Below, piece by piece: positions 28,165-41,275 of a stretch of 57,399 nt of DNA. Position numbers and translations under genes: made by a program. The stretch's first letter is position 1. Every line of letters starts with the position of its first letter. Below the pieces are notes generated by a model. The model ran no database searches. It was not told where the DNA came from and saw nothing but the letters and a program-made list of their open reading frames with translations. The stretch is from Proteromonas lacertae. Its lineage: Eukaryota. The DNA lies in NCBI GenBank assembly GCA_002245135.1, contig NGBS01000039.1:1-57399 (forward strand), written 5' to 3'.

Positions 28165-31100
28165 TTACTTCTTCTCAGCTATTTCACAAATAAGATCACC
28201 AGCTTCTAATGATTCACCTTCTTTTACAATCAACTTCTTTATTTCTCCAGCACATGGAGCACCAACTACAGTTTCCATCTTCATGGCGTTTAATGTAACT
28301 AACTTATCTCCCTTCTTTACTATATCACCTACCTTTACATTAATTTCAACACATACACCTGGCATTGGAGCACCAATTGAACCAATTTCACTTTCCTTAG
28401 CTTTTTCACGGATTGTCATTGAAGCACCAGCTTTCTTATCTAATACAGCAACTGTTCTTTCTTGTCCATTTACATTGAATCTTAATTCTCTTTCTCCTTT
28501 TTCATTTACTTTACCACTATCACCTAAATAGGTAATATAAATAGTCTTTCCTTCTTCAATTTCTACAGCGATTTCCTCATCTACTTTCATTGGTCTTAAG
28601 AAGTATCTTGTTGGTATTTTGGTTACTTCACCATAGTTATCTTCAAATCTCTTCCAATCAGCAAATACATCTTTATATAATGCATGTGAGATAACATCTT
28701 CATCCTTTATTCTTTCTGGTCCGTATTTATCTACTAATTTCTTCTTTTCACCTTCAAAATCAAAGGCTGGTAAATCAGCACCTGGTCTTCCTTTGAATAC
28801 TTCTTCACCATGTTCTAATTTCTTACCTTTAGTAATCTTCTTTCTTAAATCTTCTGGGAATCCCCATGGTTCTGGAATACCTAAATATCCTTGGAAGAAT
28901 TGTACTACTGATTGTGGAAGTGATAATTCATCAGCTTTAGCTCTGAATTCTTCAGCAGACATCTTATTAGCTACTAAGAATTGTGCTAAATCACCTACTA
29001 CTTTAGAGGATGGTGTAACTTTAATGATTCTTCCTAATAATTCATTAGCTTCAGCATATGCATCTTTAACAGCTGGCCATTGACCAGTTAAACCTAATTG
29101 TTGTGATTGGAATAATAAGTTAGTGTATTGACCACCAGGCATTTCATGTAAATAAACATCAGAACTTCCTGATTTTTGACCACTTTCCCAAGGTCCATAT
29201 AAACCTCTTACATCTTCCCAATAATCATTAATGGTGGATATATCTTTAAGATCAATACCAGTGTCTAATGGAGTATCTTTTAATGCAGCAACTACAGCTC
29301 CCATTGATGGTTGTGATGTCATTCCACTCATTGCATCAGTAGCAACATCAACAACATGTGCACCTGATTCAGCACATGCTAACATTGAAGCAACACCAGT
29401 ACCAGCAGTATCATGTGTATGAATATGTAATGGTAAATTGGGGAATTCTTTTCTTAAAGCAGAAACTAATTTTCTAGCAGCAGCTGGTTTTAATAAACCT
29501 GCCATATCTTTGATATTTAATACATGTACATTCAAATCGTTTAATTTTCTAGCGAAATCTAAATAGTAATCAACTGTATATTTATCTTCTTTTGGATTTG
29601 AGCAATCACCTGAATAACAGATAGAAGCTTCCACTACACCACCAGCTGAACCAACAGCATCAATACCTAACTTCATATTCTCAAGGTAATTCAATGAATC
29701 AAACACTCTGAATACATCCATACCTGATTTAACAGATTGTTCACAGAACTTATAAATCACATTATCAGGATATGCTTTATAACCAACAGCATTAGTACCT
29801 CTTAATAACATTTGGAATGGAATATTGGGTACTAATTCTCTTAATTCTTCTAATCTGTCCCAAGGACATTCTCTTAAGAATCTCATACATACATCGAAAG
29901 TAGCACCTCCCCAGCATTCTAATGAATATAAACTTGGTAATTTATAAGCAGTGTATGGTGCAATGGCTAATAATTCTCTAGTTCTCATTCTGGTAGCTAA
30001 TAATGATTGATGTGCATCTCTCCAGGTTGTATCTGTTAATAATAATTTCTTTGTACCTAATACAGCTTTAGCAAATCCTTTTGGACCTTCTTTGGTTAAT
30101 ATTTGTTTTAAACCTGGTTGGATCTTAGCTCCTTTTGGTACTTTTGGTGCACATGGTTCAGTAACAGCTGGTGCTGGTCCTGTACATCCTAACTCTGGTG
30201 GATGACCATTCACTATTAAATTAGCTAAATATTGAACTGTCTTTTGTGCTCTATTCTTGATATATCTTGGTTTCATTAAATCTGGTTCTTGATCAATGAA
30301 GAAGGTTGTTGCTTTACCACTTTGGAAGGTTGGATGTTCTAATACATTCAATAAGAATGATTGGTTGGTAGATAAACCTCTTACTCTATATTCTCTCAAA
30401 GCTCTACATAATTTTCTTACTGTTGTTTGGAAATCAGCACCTCTTGCTGTAATCTTCATTAATAATGAATCGTAGTATGGAGTAATTACTTGACCAGTAT
30501 GACCAATACCGTCTAATCTTATACCTTGTCCTGATGCTTCACGGTATACTCTGATCTTACCAGTATCTGGTTGGAAACTCTTAGCTGGATTTTCAGTAGT
30601 AACTCTGGCTTGAATGGCAAAACCTCTTGGTACTACTTTATCTTGTGTTAAACCAATATCTTTCAAGGAGAATCCTTGAGCAATTCTCATCTGTGCTTGT
30701 ACAATATCAATACCTGTAGCTTCTTCAGTTACTGTATGTTCTACTTGAACTCTTGGATTTACTTCCATAAAGTAATGTCTTCCTTGTTTATCAACTAAGA
30801 ATTCTACAGTACCAGCACTACGATAATTAGCTGATTTCACTAACTTCAATGCATCATTCAATATAGTTTCTCTGATCTTAGGGTCTAATCCAACAGCTGG
30901 AGCCATTTCAATGACTTTTTGATGACGTCTTTGAACTGAACAATCTCTTTCACATAAATGAATAACATTTCCTTGTCCATCACCTAATATTTGTACTTCA
31001 ATATGACGTGGTTCTTCTAAATATCTTTCTAAGAAGACTGTACCATTTCCAAAGGCAGATAATGCTTCTTTTGTGGCTAAATTGAAGGCTTCAGCGAAAT

Positions 31101-31729
31101 CTTCTTCTCTTCTAACGACTCTCATACCTCTACCACCTCCACCATATGCTGCTTTGATAATAACTGGGAATCCAATATCTTTGATGTATTTCAATGCTTC
31201 ATCGACTGTAGCTATTGGACCAGGTGTACCAGGAATAATTGGGATTTTACATTTAATGGCGGCTTCTTTGGATGTGGTCTTATCAGCAAAATCTCTTAGA
31301 TTTTGAACTGTTGGACCAATGAATACTAAACCAGCATCTTCTACAGCTTTTGCAAATTCTGCATTTTCTGATAAGAAACCATAACCTGGGTGAATACCTT
31401 CAACTCCATGTTCTTTAGCAATTTTCACAATGTCTATTTATGTCAATAATAAATAATAATATACAAGGAATATCTAAATAAGCACCAACAGCTGACTTCT
31501 TTGGATTTAACTGGTAGGACTCATCAGCCTTGTAACGATGCATACAGAAACGATCTTCATAAGCGTAAATACCTACTGTGTTTGCATTTAACTCATGAGC
31601 TGCTCTCATAATACGAAGTGCAATTTCACCTCGATTTGCAGCCATAACTTTTCTGAAGGGTTGCTCTAATGTCTTATATGTTCTAACATTTCTAATAATT
31701 TGGCCATTCTGAACCAATCTTGAAAACAT
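28165..31729 (-). CDS. PYC: Pyruvate carboxylase with N-terminal mitochondrial/MRO-type presequence
   Basis: Biotin carboxylase motifs (ANRGEIA, HPGYGFLSEN, ERDCSVQRRHQK), carboxyltransferase motifs (DTTWRDAHQSL, HTHDT) and biotinyl AMKM. One 31-nt intron at 31434-31464. Arg-rich N-terminus MFSRLVQNGQIIRNVRTY has no acidic residues. Confidence 0.97.
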
Positions 31730-32163
31730 CCTTAAAAATAACTCAGAGAAACTTATAGAATTTTGAGGTGATAGATCCACCAATTACATCATCAGGTTTG
31801 AATATTCGACCAATTATATTGTTATTTTTAATCACTTTAGATCTTCTTTGCATGAACTGACTTCAATCTTGGAATCTGAACAAAAAATTAATCATGTATC
31901 TTTTTTGTTTGATTTAAAATGATGGTTTTAGCTTTTAATCAAATTTGCTACCATGACCTGTCCAAGCAACACAGGTTAAAATATTCAATTATTACACTAA
32001 ACATCAATATTAATAATATTATCAACTATAATGATATGAACACAGATTGTCTTGTGATTGTGTTTTATGAGAAAAGTGTGTTTATGTAGTTATTTTCTGT
32101 TAAAAGATTTTTCTCAAAGTGTATTCATAAGCAAATCAAGCAATAAATCAATATAATATCCCA

Positions 32164-34744
32164 TTAATGAGTTTCACTTTCACTGCGAGGCATATCAGCA
32201 CTTTTATCATAAGTAAAACCTTCAAACGATGGTATTGGTAAGCCACTGTCATCCTATATATACAATTAAAACCATAAGAATATAAATTATATATACTTGA
32301 TAACTAGGATCATCTGGCACAATACGCGTATACTTCTTATTGAAGTTTCCAGTATCTGTTTCACCAGTAACCAAAGGCTTCCATGGTGGTGTGATTTTCT
32401 TCTGTTCTAACAAATTCCAATCGATTGATTCAAAATATTGATGTGTTCTTACTTCTTCTGAATCTGTTGGACCTGAACCTAATCTCAAGGCTGGATCTCT
32501 TTGTAGTAATTTCTCAATTATATCTCTTGTATTGCTACTCATATCGTTGGGAAACACTAATTTACCATGTAATATCTTCTGAAACATTGTATTACGATTC
32601 TTATCATAAAACGGTGGCTATAAGATATAGATTATAAATCTTTATACAATTCCTGCAATCATCTCAAATATCAATGTACCAATACTCCACCAATCAATCG
32701 CTTTACCATATGGTTTACTCAAAAGCACCTCAGGAGCAACATATTCAGGAGTTCCACAGATTGTCTGTGCTGATGTGTTACTATCTACTCCTAGCTTCGA
32801 CAAACCAAAATCAGTAATTACAATATGTCCCTCTCTATCTAATAATATATTTTCTGGTTTCATATCTCTATATAATATATTCTTTGAGTGTAAATATCCA
32901 ATTCCACTTACTACTTCAGCTGCATAGAATCTTGATCGATCTTCACTGAATCTTCTGTTCTGTTGTAAATGATAAAATAGTGGTCCTCCTGCACAGAAAT
33001 CCATTCCTAAGTATAATTTACCTTCAGTTTGAAATGCAAATCGTAATTGACATAAAAATGGATGTTTTATTTCTTCTAATATCTTTCTTTCTGTTTTGGT
33101 ATGTTCTACTTGATTTCTTTCGACGACATATGCTTTATTTAAGATTTTTAACGCATATATTTTTCGGTCACTCAATTTTCGCACCAATAATACTTTTCCA
33201 AATGATCCTTTACCAATGGCTTTGAGTAATTGAAAATCATTTTTACTGAGTGATTCATTCTTTGGCGGAGCTGGTGATTGAATCATAGGCAATGTTTGTG
33301 AAGCTATTTAAACATAATAATATTCAATTATATATTATATATATATACCTTTTCTTTTATTCTCTAAATAATCATTATAACATGGTTGACATACCCTTAC
33401 AGCTCTTGGAATGCCTTTTAATCTCATACTATTCTTTGAACATTCAGCGCATACCACTCTACCACATAATCTACAATGATGTTTACGAACTAAGAAGGAG
33501 AAAGGCTTGAGACAGACTTGACAATCATCTACTTCATTATCTGGAACCCAACTCTGTGATGGTAATGGATAAGAATCTTCTTCGTTGATTACTGGAGCTG
33601 GAATTGATTTTAATATTGATAAAGTTCTCTAAAATAAAGTAATTATATATATAAAAATATACTACTGGTGGTGTTGTAGCTGTCGGTGTATCATCCACTT
33701 GTTTCCCCTGAATAGGAGTCATTGGACATTCATCAATACATGGAATCAAACTATCAGCATAAAACAAAGCATCTTTATATTGATTATTAATTATTCCACT
33801 GAAAAATTGAAATACTACATTGATAGATAAAACGGTAATATGTGCTACATTTGGCGTAGTGGTTGGATCTGGTCCTGCCGAAAGACAAATACAGCCTGTT
33901 CTACTTTCCTCATCTTCTAATCTAAAACCAGAACGATATGGTGAGATTTTCCAATTAATACATTTATCTTCTAAGAAAGTACATACTTGTCTTGAATCTG
34001 CTTCATCTAATGATAGTTCTGCTGTGAGTGTATGTTGACTTTCAAGAAATGCGATGGATTTTATCTTATTCATACATTCTGGACGACTTCTGAGTAAATT
34101 CTTTATTATTACTCCTCCATAGGCATATGCTACACATACTATGTTTCTACATGTACTTTTGGTAATGATTTTATCATATACATAAATTAAATGATTCTCT
34201 GGTGTTTCGTTAAATTTAATAGGTATTTTTATTGTATTTCCTTCTGAATTTACTGTTTTCACAAAGTTAGCGTTTGGATTTGTCACTATAACACCATATC
34301 CAGAATCTATTGCTTTTTCTACGTATGGTACTACTGATCCAATGTTCAATCCTTCATCTATACATAGACTACGTGACCAAATTCCAGCTTGAGTCCTGGT
34401 TCCTGGTATAATTATTAATAAAGTGTCACAATTCTCATAATTTTTGGAGCAATATACTGACAATTTTGCGTTTGGATGTTGCTGATTAGGATAATCTGGA
34501 ATAACTACCTCATTACAAGAATATTTCTTAACTAGTAAATCATGGACCTAGAAACAAAAATAAGCACATTATATACAAAATCATTTACAGCACTAACTGT
34601 TGCAAAAGGATCTACTGGAATATTGGCAGTTGTTGCAAATTTGTCGGTACTTAACCTTCTTAGATGTAGTTCTTCGTCGAAATAGTATCCCAAGTCCTTC
34701 AATAATTCACCTATACCAATAAAATGTCAAACTAACATACTCAT
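32164..34744 (-). CDS. Arb2/FAM172-like domain + FYVE zinc finger + AGC (Akt/SGK/S6K-like) kinase fusion
   Basis: Spliced model: MSELLKDLGYYFDEE...LLIIIPGTRTQAGIWSRSLCIDEGLNIGSVVPY (FAM172/Arb2); WVPDNEVDDCQVCLKPFSFLVRKHHCRLCGRVVCAECS...RVCQPC (FYVE, ~33380-33550, missed by the ORF track); GKGSFGKV, YRDMKPEN, DFG, TICGTPEY and hydrophobic motif FEGFTY. Confidence 0.88.
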
Positions 34745-34944
34745 GAATCTTTTTTTAAAGCTACTTTTTTGTGAGAAATTTTTAATATAGCACTTATTAC
34801 AGATATTTTGCTATACGCACACATTAATCACACAAGTAAAGAACTTATTAGAAATAGCATAATAAAGCAATTATCAGTTGATTATAAATCAATCAAGTTA
34901 AAACACACATATAAACAAATAAAAAGATTGGATTTATTTAAATT

Positions 34945-36776
34945 TTAAACTATAATACTAACTTCAGAATTAGCACATTCAGCAGATAAAGCACTAACAA
35001 CAGAATTACTATCAATATTGTTTCCTTCAAGTATTAGCTGTTGTAGAGTATGCGCCGTTTTTAAATAGTTCTTGAGAGGTTCAATACCTTCATCAGTCAA
35101 TCCAGTATTCGTTAAGTCTAAATACAGTAAATTAATCCTCTGTAATGCCTCACATAAATATTCAATACCTTCATCACCAATACTATTATTCTTAAGTGAT
35201 AAATATTCCAACTCAGGAACAGATGACAAATTATATCTCAAATACAACACTGCATCAACTCCTATATGGTTATTATCTAAATATAAATATTTTAAGTTAG
35301 GAATTAAGTTCAAATATTCAGATAATATCTCAACTCCATCATTCTCAATCTTTCTATCTCTTAAATCCAACGAATAACTCTTCCCAGCTGATTTCAATAG
35401 AATTGTATGTAAAGAATAATCAGCTTCATTCAAACCTTCAATAATCATCTCTTTCTTAGATGGAAAACTCCATACTAAATTAATAAACAAAAAGAAATAA
35501 TATTCATTTTCAGTTTCAATATACAAGTTGATAATACTATCTATTAATTCATCATTACTACAAATTGAACGTAATAACAATTGTTCAGTAATTGGAGTAT
35601 TACTTTGACATAATAACTTAATACTATCTAAAGTAACAAGCTGGCTAGTAAATGATCTACTTGAATTACAGGATGATGTAGTAGTAGAAGAACGAGATGA
35701 TGATGGTATGTTATTTCCACTCATTAATCTAGGTAAAGATAGAGGGATAGTTGAATCATTATTATTATTATTATTTTGTTGTTGTTGTTTTTGTTCTAAT
35801 TCTGCTAATTCTTTCTCCAACTGATCTTGTAATGGTGGTTGAACTGGTTTATTATTATGAGAAGGTGAATTGATTCTACTTGATCTACCTGTTGTTATTT
35901 GTGACTTTGGCGTTGGTTCTATTAATATTTCATGATGAGTGTTCTTTAATTTGATTAATTCTTGGCTTATTCTTTCAGATGACATTCTATCACTTTCATT
36001 CATTACAAATATCTTTGAAAATAGTTCATTAAATTTTGAGTTAAATTCATTATTCTTTAATGGTTCATATTTTCCAATTATGATTGCTAAAGCTAACTCA
36101 TCATAATAATCACCATTAAATGGGGTTTTACCACTCAATACATAATACATTATACAGCCAAAACTCCAAATATCTGATTGTATTGAATATTGATTAGACT
36201 TTAACAATTCCGGTGAATAATAATGACAATCTTTGAATATAAATGGAGATGGTAATAAATATCTACTATAATCACCTATTACATAGTGACCATCATCTTT
36301 AAATAGAATATTACTTGGTTTTAAATTACCATTGATGATATTCAGTTCATGGAGTGTTTTTATACCTTCAATTGTGTCGATTAATAGGTCATATGTACCA
36401 TGGATTTTGAAAAACTTTGGAACTTCAACTTGAGATACTGAACCATTATATCTTGGCAGTAATTCAACAATTAACTTCTTTTCTGATAAATAGTAAGGAA
36501 TAATCGGTTCAATGTGGGGATCTCTCAAAGATGTTATTCTATTCAACATATCTATGTATTTCTGCCTTACATTATCTAAAACACAATTCATTTGTAATAA
36601 TTTTATCATTTCTTGTTTTGTCGTTGCTAAGTTATTAACTAAAATCAATCTAGTATTATAATTGGAACTAGGCTCAGTAACAACCTAATTCAAATAAATA
36701 CGATCTAATATACTTCATATTGTAATCCAGGAGCTACTGGATCTTCTAATATTGTTCTAGATGGTAATGCACCCAT
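34945..36776 (-). CDS. Pseudokinase + low-complexity linker + RI-like LRRs with N-myristoylation motif; paralog 4
   Basis: Exon 1 is MGALPSRTILEDPVAPGLQYE, followed by a 29-nt intron. INGNLKPSN (catalytic Asp replaced by Asn), GDYS in place of DFG, YSPE, SDIWSFGC. LRRs LKYLYLDNNHIG and LEYLSLKNNSIGDEG. Confidence 0.82.
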
Positions 36777-36917
36777 TATTCTAAAAATCAGTTAAGAAAA
36801 CAAAATTTAAAAACGAAACGGTTTTATTAAACTGGCTATATTTTCTTTATTTTTTAAACTCATTCAATAACTTATAATTACTAATAAATCTTATATAAAA
36901 ATTAATATAATTGTCTC

Positions 36918-39900
36918 TTAAAAATCTATAAACTCATATGTCCAAGGTGTTAACAATGGATCTCTCTCATCTTGATATAATCTGTAAGATTCAATTCCTT
37001 TAGGATCTGTGAATAAAGCTAAAGTAGATCTATTCAAATTAAATAGATATAAAAAGTAATATATATACATTTCCTTACCTTCCTTCAATAAATCATACTT
37101 CTGACCATTTGGTAATGATACTTTCACACCATCTTCAGTTTCAAGTAGTTCATTATCAACATAGAACTTCAAATCACTATACAAATCACATTTATATTCA
37201 TTTCTGATAAATTTCACACCTTTCACTTTATATTCTCTCATCATTTCATTCCTTTTACTATATCCAACCACTCTTTGATCCACAGTATAAGCATCAATCC
37301 TTCTCAATGGAATTATAGGAACAGGAGGTAAAGAATTAGCATCCTCAACTTTTTCAAATCTATCAGCTTCTTTAGAATAAAAATAAGTTCTAAAATAAAA
37401 TATAAAGTATGAAATCTCTTTATCTTTTGATTTTGGATTATCATACATTATATCTACTATTGCATTATAATATAATAATCCATCCACTGTGAATTTAACC
37501 ATATCACCAATTCTCAAATTCTTAATATTATCACTGATTATATCATTCCAAGCAATATCATATCTTTGATAAAAACTAAACAAATATACATCAAATTCTT
37601 CAGAATAACTGTCTAATTGACAGAATTCATATTCATCTTCATCTAATTCCATCAATACATAATCACCAACACAATATTTGATTTTATCTCTGCTATTCTC
37701 CAATTCATATAAGATTGTTCCTTTTATTGGATGCGGAAATACTCTTAAATCACAATCCATTGAAGGGCACAAGTTCTCTTTCATTTTTACTTCTGGTTTT
37801 AGATTCTCTACTTCAATTGGTACTTCTATTGCTGCTGGATTGGTTATTAATGGATTATATACAGCTAACATTGGATTTGGAGGTTTCTTTAATTTCTTCT
37901 TTTTTATTTTTATTTCTCCTTCTAAAGATTCTGGTTTATCCACTCTTGTCTGTCTTCCACCATATCCTGATGAGTAAACTGCATGAGGTTTCCATTCTTT
38001 ATCTAACTGTATTACATTACCATTCTTATCAAGCTTGAGTCTGGTTTGTCTGTAACTTTGAGTCATAAAGTCATTTTTAGGTGTTTCTGTAACACTTGGT
38101 GGTGGAGCTATTAATGGTTTGTATATTTTAGCTACATTAATTGTATTTCTTCTTTGCTTTTGGAGTTGATTTAATTTCTCAAAATTATTGACTTTGGGTG
38201 ATTCTTTTTTAGCTTTTGGAGTTAGTGATTTATAATTAACTGTTTTTGATTTCATATCTGTACTAATCTTTGGTATTGGCATTCCTTTTCTTCTCTTTAT
38301 ACCTGTCTTCTTGGGAGATGGTTTCTTATAATTGATTGTTTCATATGGAACTTCTTTCTTTGGTGATAATATAAACACTTTTGGATTATTTTCATCTTCA
38401 TATCCTATAATATATTTCTCATCTAATTTCAATGATTCATCTTCTTCATTAGGTGGATCTATTTCTGAATCTGGAATTCCATAATACATATCATAACTAT
38501 TATTCACAATATTTCCAGCATTGTCATCATTCATAACTTCTTCACTGTCATATGATTTGAAGGTGTTATATTCACTGATGAAGTCTTTGTATTGAGTTTC
38601 TTCAAATTTGTTCTTTTGGAAATAATGTTTCATTTCTCTTATTTTTTCACCATATTCTTCATTCCCTTCATAATTTTTAATAAAATAAAGACATTGTTTC
38701 CATTTCAATTCTTTCATTGATTCTAATACTGGATCAATCAATGACTCAAGATAGTCTATTTTTTCTTTATAATACTTATTAGTTCTAAATTCATTTCCTA
38801 TTTTCTTATGTTCATTCAATAAATCAGTTATTATTTTAGTCAAATCATCACTTTGAAAGTTACCATTATGTTCTTTCAGTATGTTTTGAAAATAATATAT
38901 TCGAGTTTCATATTCATTCTTTAATTGTGCATTCTCTTCCATTTCTTCGATTTTGTTAATGTAATTATTACATTCATCTATTATTTTATGATAATAATAG
39001 TCATTTCTCATAACTTTATCAGAAATTATAATATTTTCATCTTTATCTTTATCATCAACATCATCTTCATTATCTGGATTGATGTATTCTATTCCTTCAA
39101 CTTTTGAACTGTCTATATCAACTTTTAAATTCCATATTCTTTTAAATATTAATCCATTATAACTACATCCATATGATATACTTTCTTCGATATTCATCGT
39201 TTGATTTAGTCCATTTTCACAGTTTACACTTTTTAAAAATTTCTCAAGTTGTTCTTTCATAAATGGCATTCTTATACTTCCACCAATTGCAGTCATTATC
39301 AATTTTTTCTTTTGTTCATCATTTATTCCACTCAATTCTACACTCTTTTCAACCATTCTGAATAGTCTATTGTTTATCATTTTCTCCTGCAAAATTTCTT
39401 GTATCTTTTTAACTGATAAACTTCCCTCATAATCTTCATCTTCATCATCATTATTCTCATTCTCATTTTCTTCTTTCTTCTTTTTATCCTTTGCTTTCAA
39501 TCCTTCGATTGTAAACATAATCTATTATAATCATAGTTATTATCATATATTAATCATACAGAATCAGCACCAGAAGCAGATAACTTTTCTTTACATTTTA
39601 TCACATTATCTTTCAACTTCATTAAAAATGATTCATTCTCCTTGATATCTATATTCTTCTCTTCATTAATATCTTCTACCAACTGTTCAAATATTAATCT
39701 ATCAATTAAAAATCCTCCTAATGTATAATCATAACAACAACTCAATATTTTACATTCATTCTTTGTATATTTTACAACACTACTCCAACTACTTACATAT
39801 CCCATATTTACAATGATTACTATCTCTTCACCACCTTCTTCTAGTAATTTAAGTTTATTGTCATTCTCATAAGCATAACAGATTGCTGCAGAAACATTTT

Positions 39901-40595
39901 CTGGAATTAATTCAACAGAATTTTCAAGTATTTCTATATAAATAAATAATGATAAAAAATTATATATACCATTTTGAAGTAAATTATTTAATATTTGTAT
40001 TTGATTATCTTTATAATATGGAGGAATCTATTTATAATAACATAGTAATATATTATATTATATATACTGAAAATGTAAAACACATATTTGAAGGTGATAT
40101 ATTATTCTTCTTTATCATTTTCTTTATCTGATAGAATAACAGAAGAAATAGATGTTCATTCTTTAATTCTATATCTTCACAATCGAATTTGACTTGATAT
40201 TCACTTGATCCATCCTTTTTATCCACTTTTAGTGAAGGAGGAACGAAAATGTTGGAATAGTGAATTTCTTTGTTGTATTTCAAACCTAATCCTTTTTTCA
40301 AATATTTTACTACATTTTTACTATTTCGTTTAATCTATTATATGATAAGAAATCCATACATTTCTTTCAGCTAATGTCCCAAAACTAATATTCTTGTTCA
40401 AAAAGCATATATAATTTCTATGAATAGATAAATATAATAATACAACCAATGTTTTTCACTTAAATCTGTTTCTATAATAGAAGCTTTCACATGCTCATCT
40501 GCAGAGTCACATTTAGTTAAGGTAATGTATTTAGCCCCAATGTCAATTCCTAATATAGCATTTTTAGTAAAATCTAAATCACTCGTTATATTCAT
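36918..40595 (-). CDS. Divergent Hsp110/Hsp70-family NBD fused to helical, basic disordered and possible Tudor/SH3-like C-terminal regions
   Basis: Motifs ILGIDIG, IPPYY, VNMGY, LGGFLIDRLIFE, KCKEKLSASGA, IGGSIRMPFMK, LNQTMNIEESISYGC and KNEYETRIY; several 25-40-nt introns. Confidence 0.7.
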
Positions 40596-41275
40596 TCAAA
40601 AGATTTTTAGAAAACGACTCTATTTTTTAAAACAGAATTTAAACTCACTCTGATGATTTATAGGGGAGTTAAAAACATATCGCATTAATATGATACATAT
40701 GTTGATGATTTAATAATATAGAGTGAAAAAGGATTCAATTTGGTGTTATATGAAAGAGTTTTACAATAATATTTGGAAGAGATGATGAATCAATTATGCA
40801 TCATCCTTTCTTTACAACATATGTAAAAGAAATATTGCGATTACATGATTTATACTTTAAAAATACAGAATAAGTGGGTAGATTAAAATATTAAGAGAAG
40901 GAAATTATAATCATATGATGAAAGAGTTATTATATTAAATATTAGAAATGAAAATGACATGTTGAATTTGGAGGTGTTGAATAGAGAAACTATAAAATTA
41001 TAAATAGAATTATATATGTTTATATAAAGAAAAAGGGTGAAATATTTGTCAATGATTATTGACATTTTGTGTAATTAATCGTCAAATCTATATGAAATGA
41101 TAGAAAACATAGCTTTATATAAGCTGTTTAGTTTTCTTACAACATATATCAATAAATTGTTGAATAAAACCTTAATAAAGAATCATCCAATCAAACTGTT
41201 TGACCTTCAGTGTGAAAGTGAATTTGTATCTTTATCAGAATAGTTTAATAGCAACTATTTCGCTTATTTGCTGAT

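Noticed and set aside
28151..31306. Plus-strand ORFs inside pyruvate carboxylase, and similar antisense ORFs at 3141, 15479, 18331, 33820, 35072 and 37678
   Set aside because: These are antisense shadows of codon-biased genes with no recognisable domains.
31730..32160. Possible ncRNA in the longer intergenic gaps (also 5020-5517 and 23500-23830)
   Set aside because: No tRNA, snRNA or rRNA motif or clear stable hairpin is recognisable by eye; an Infernal/Rfam scan would be needed.
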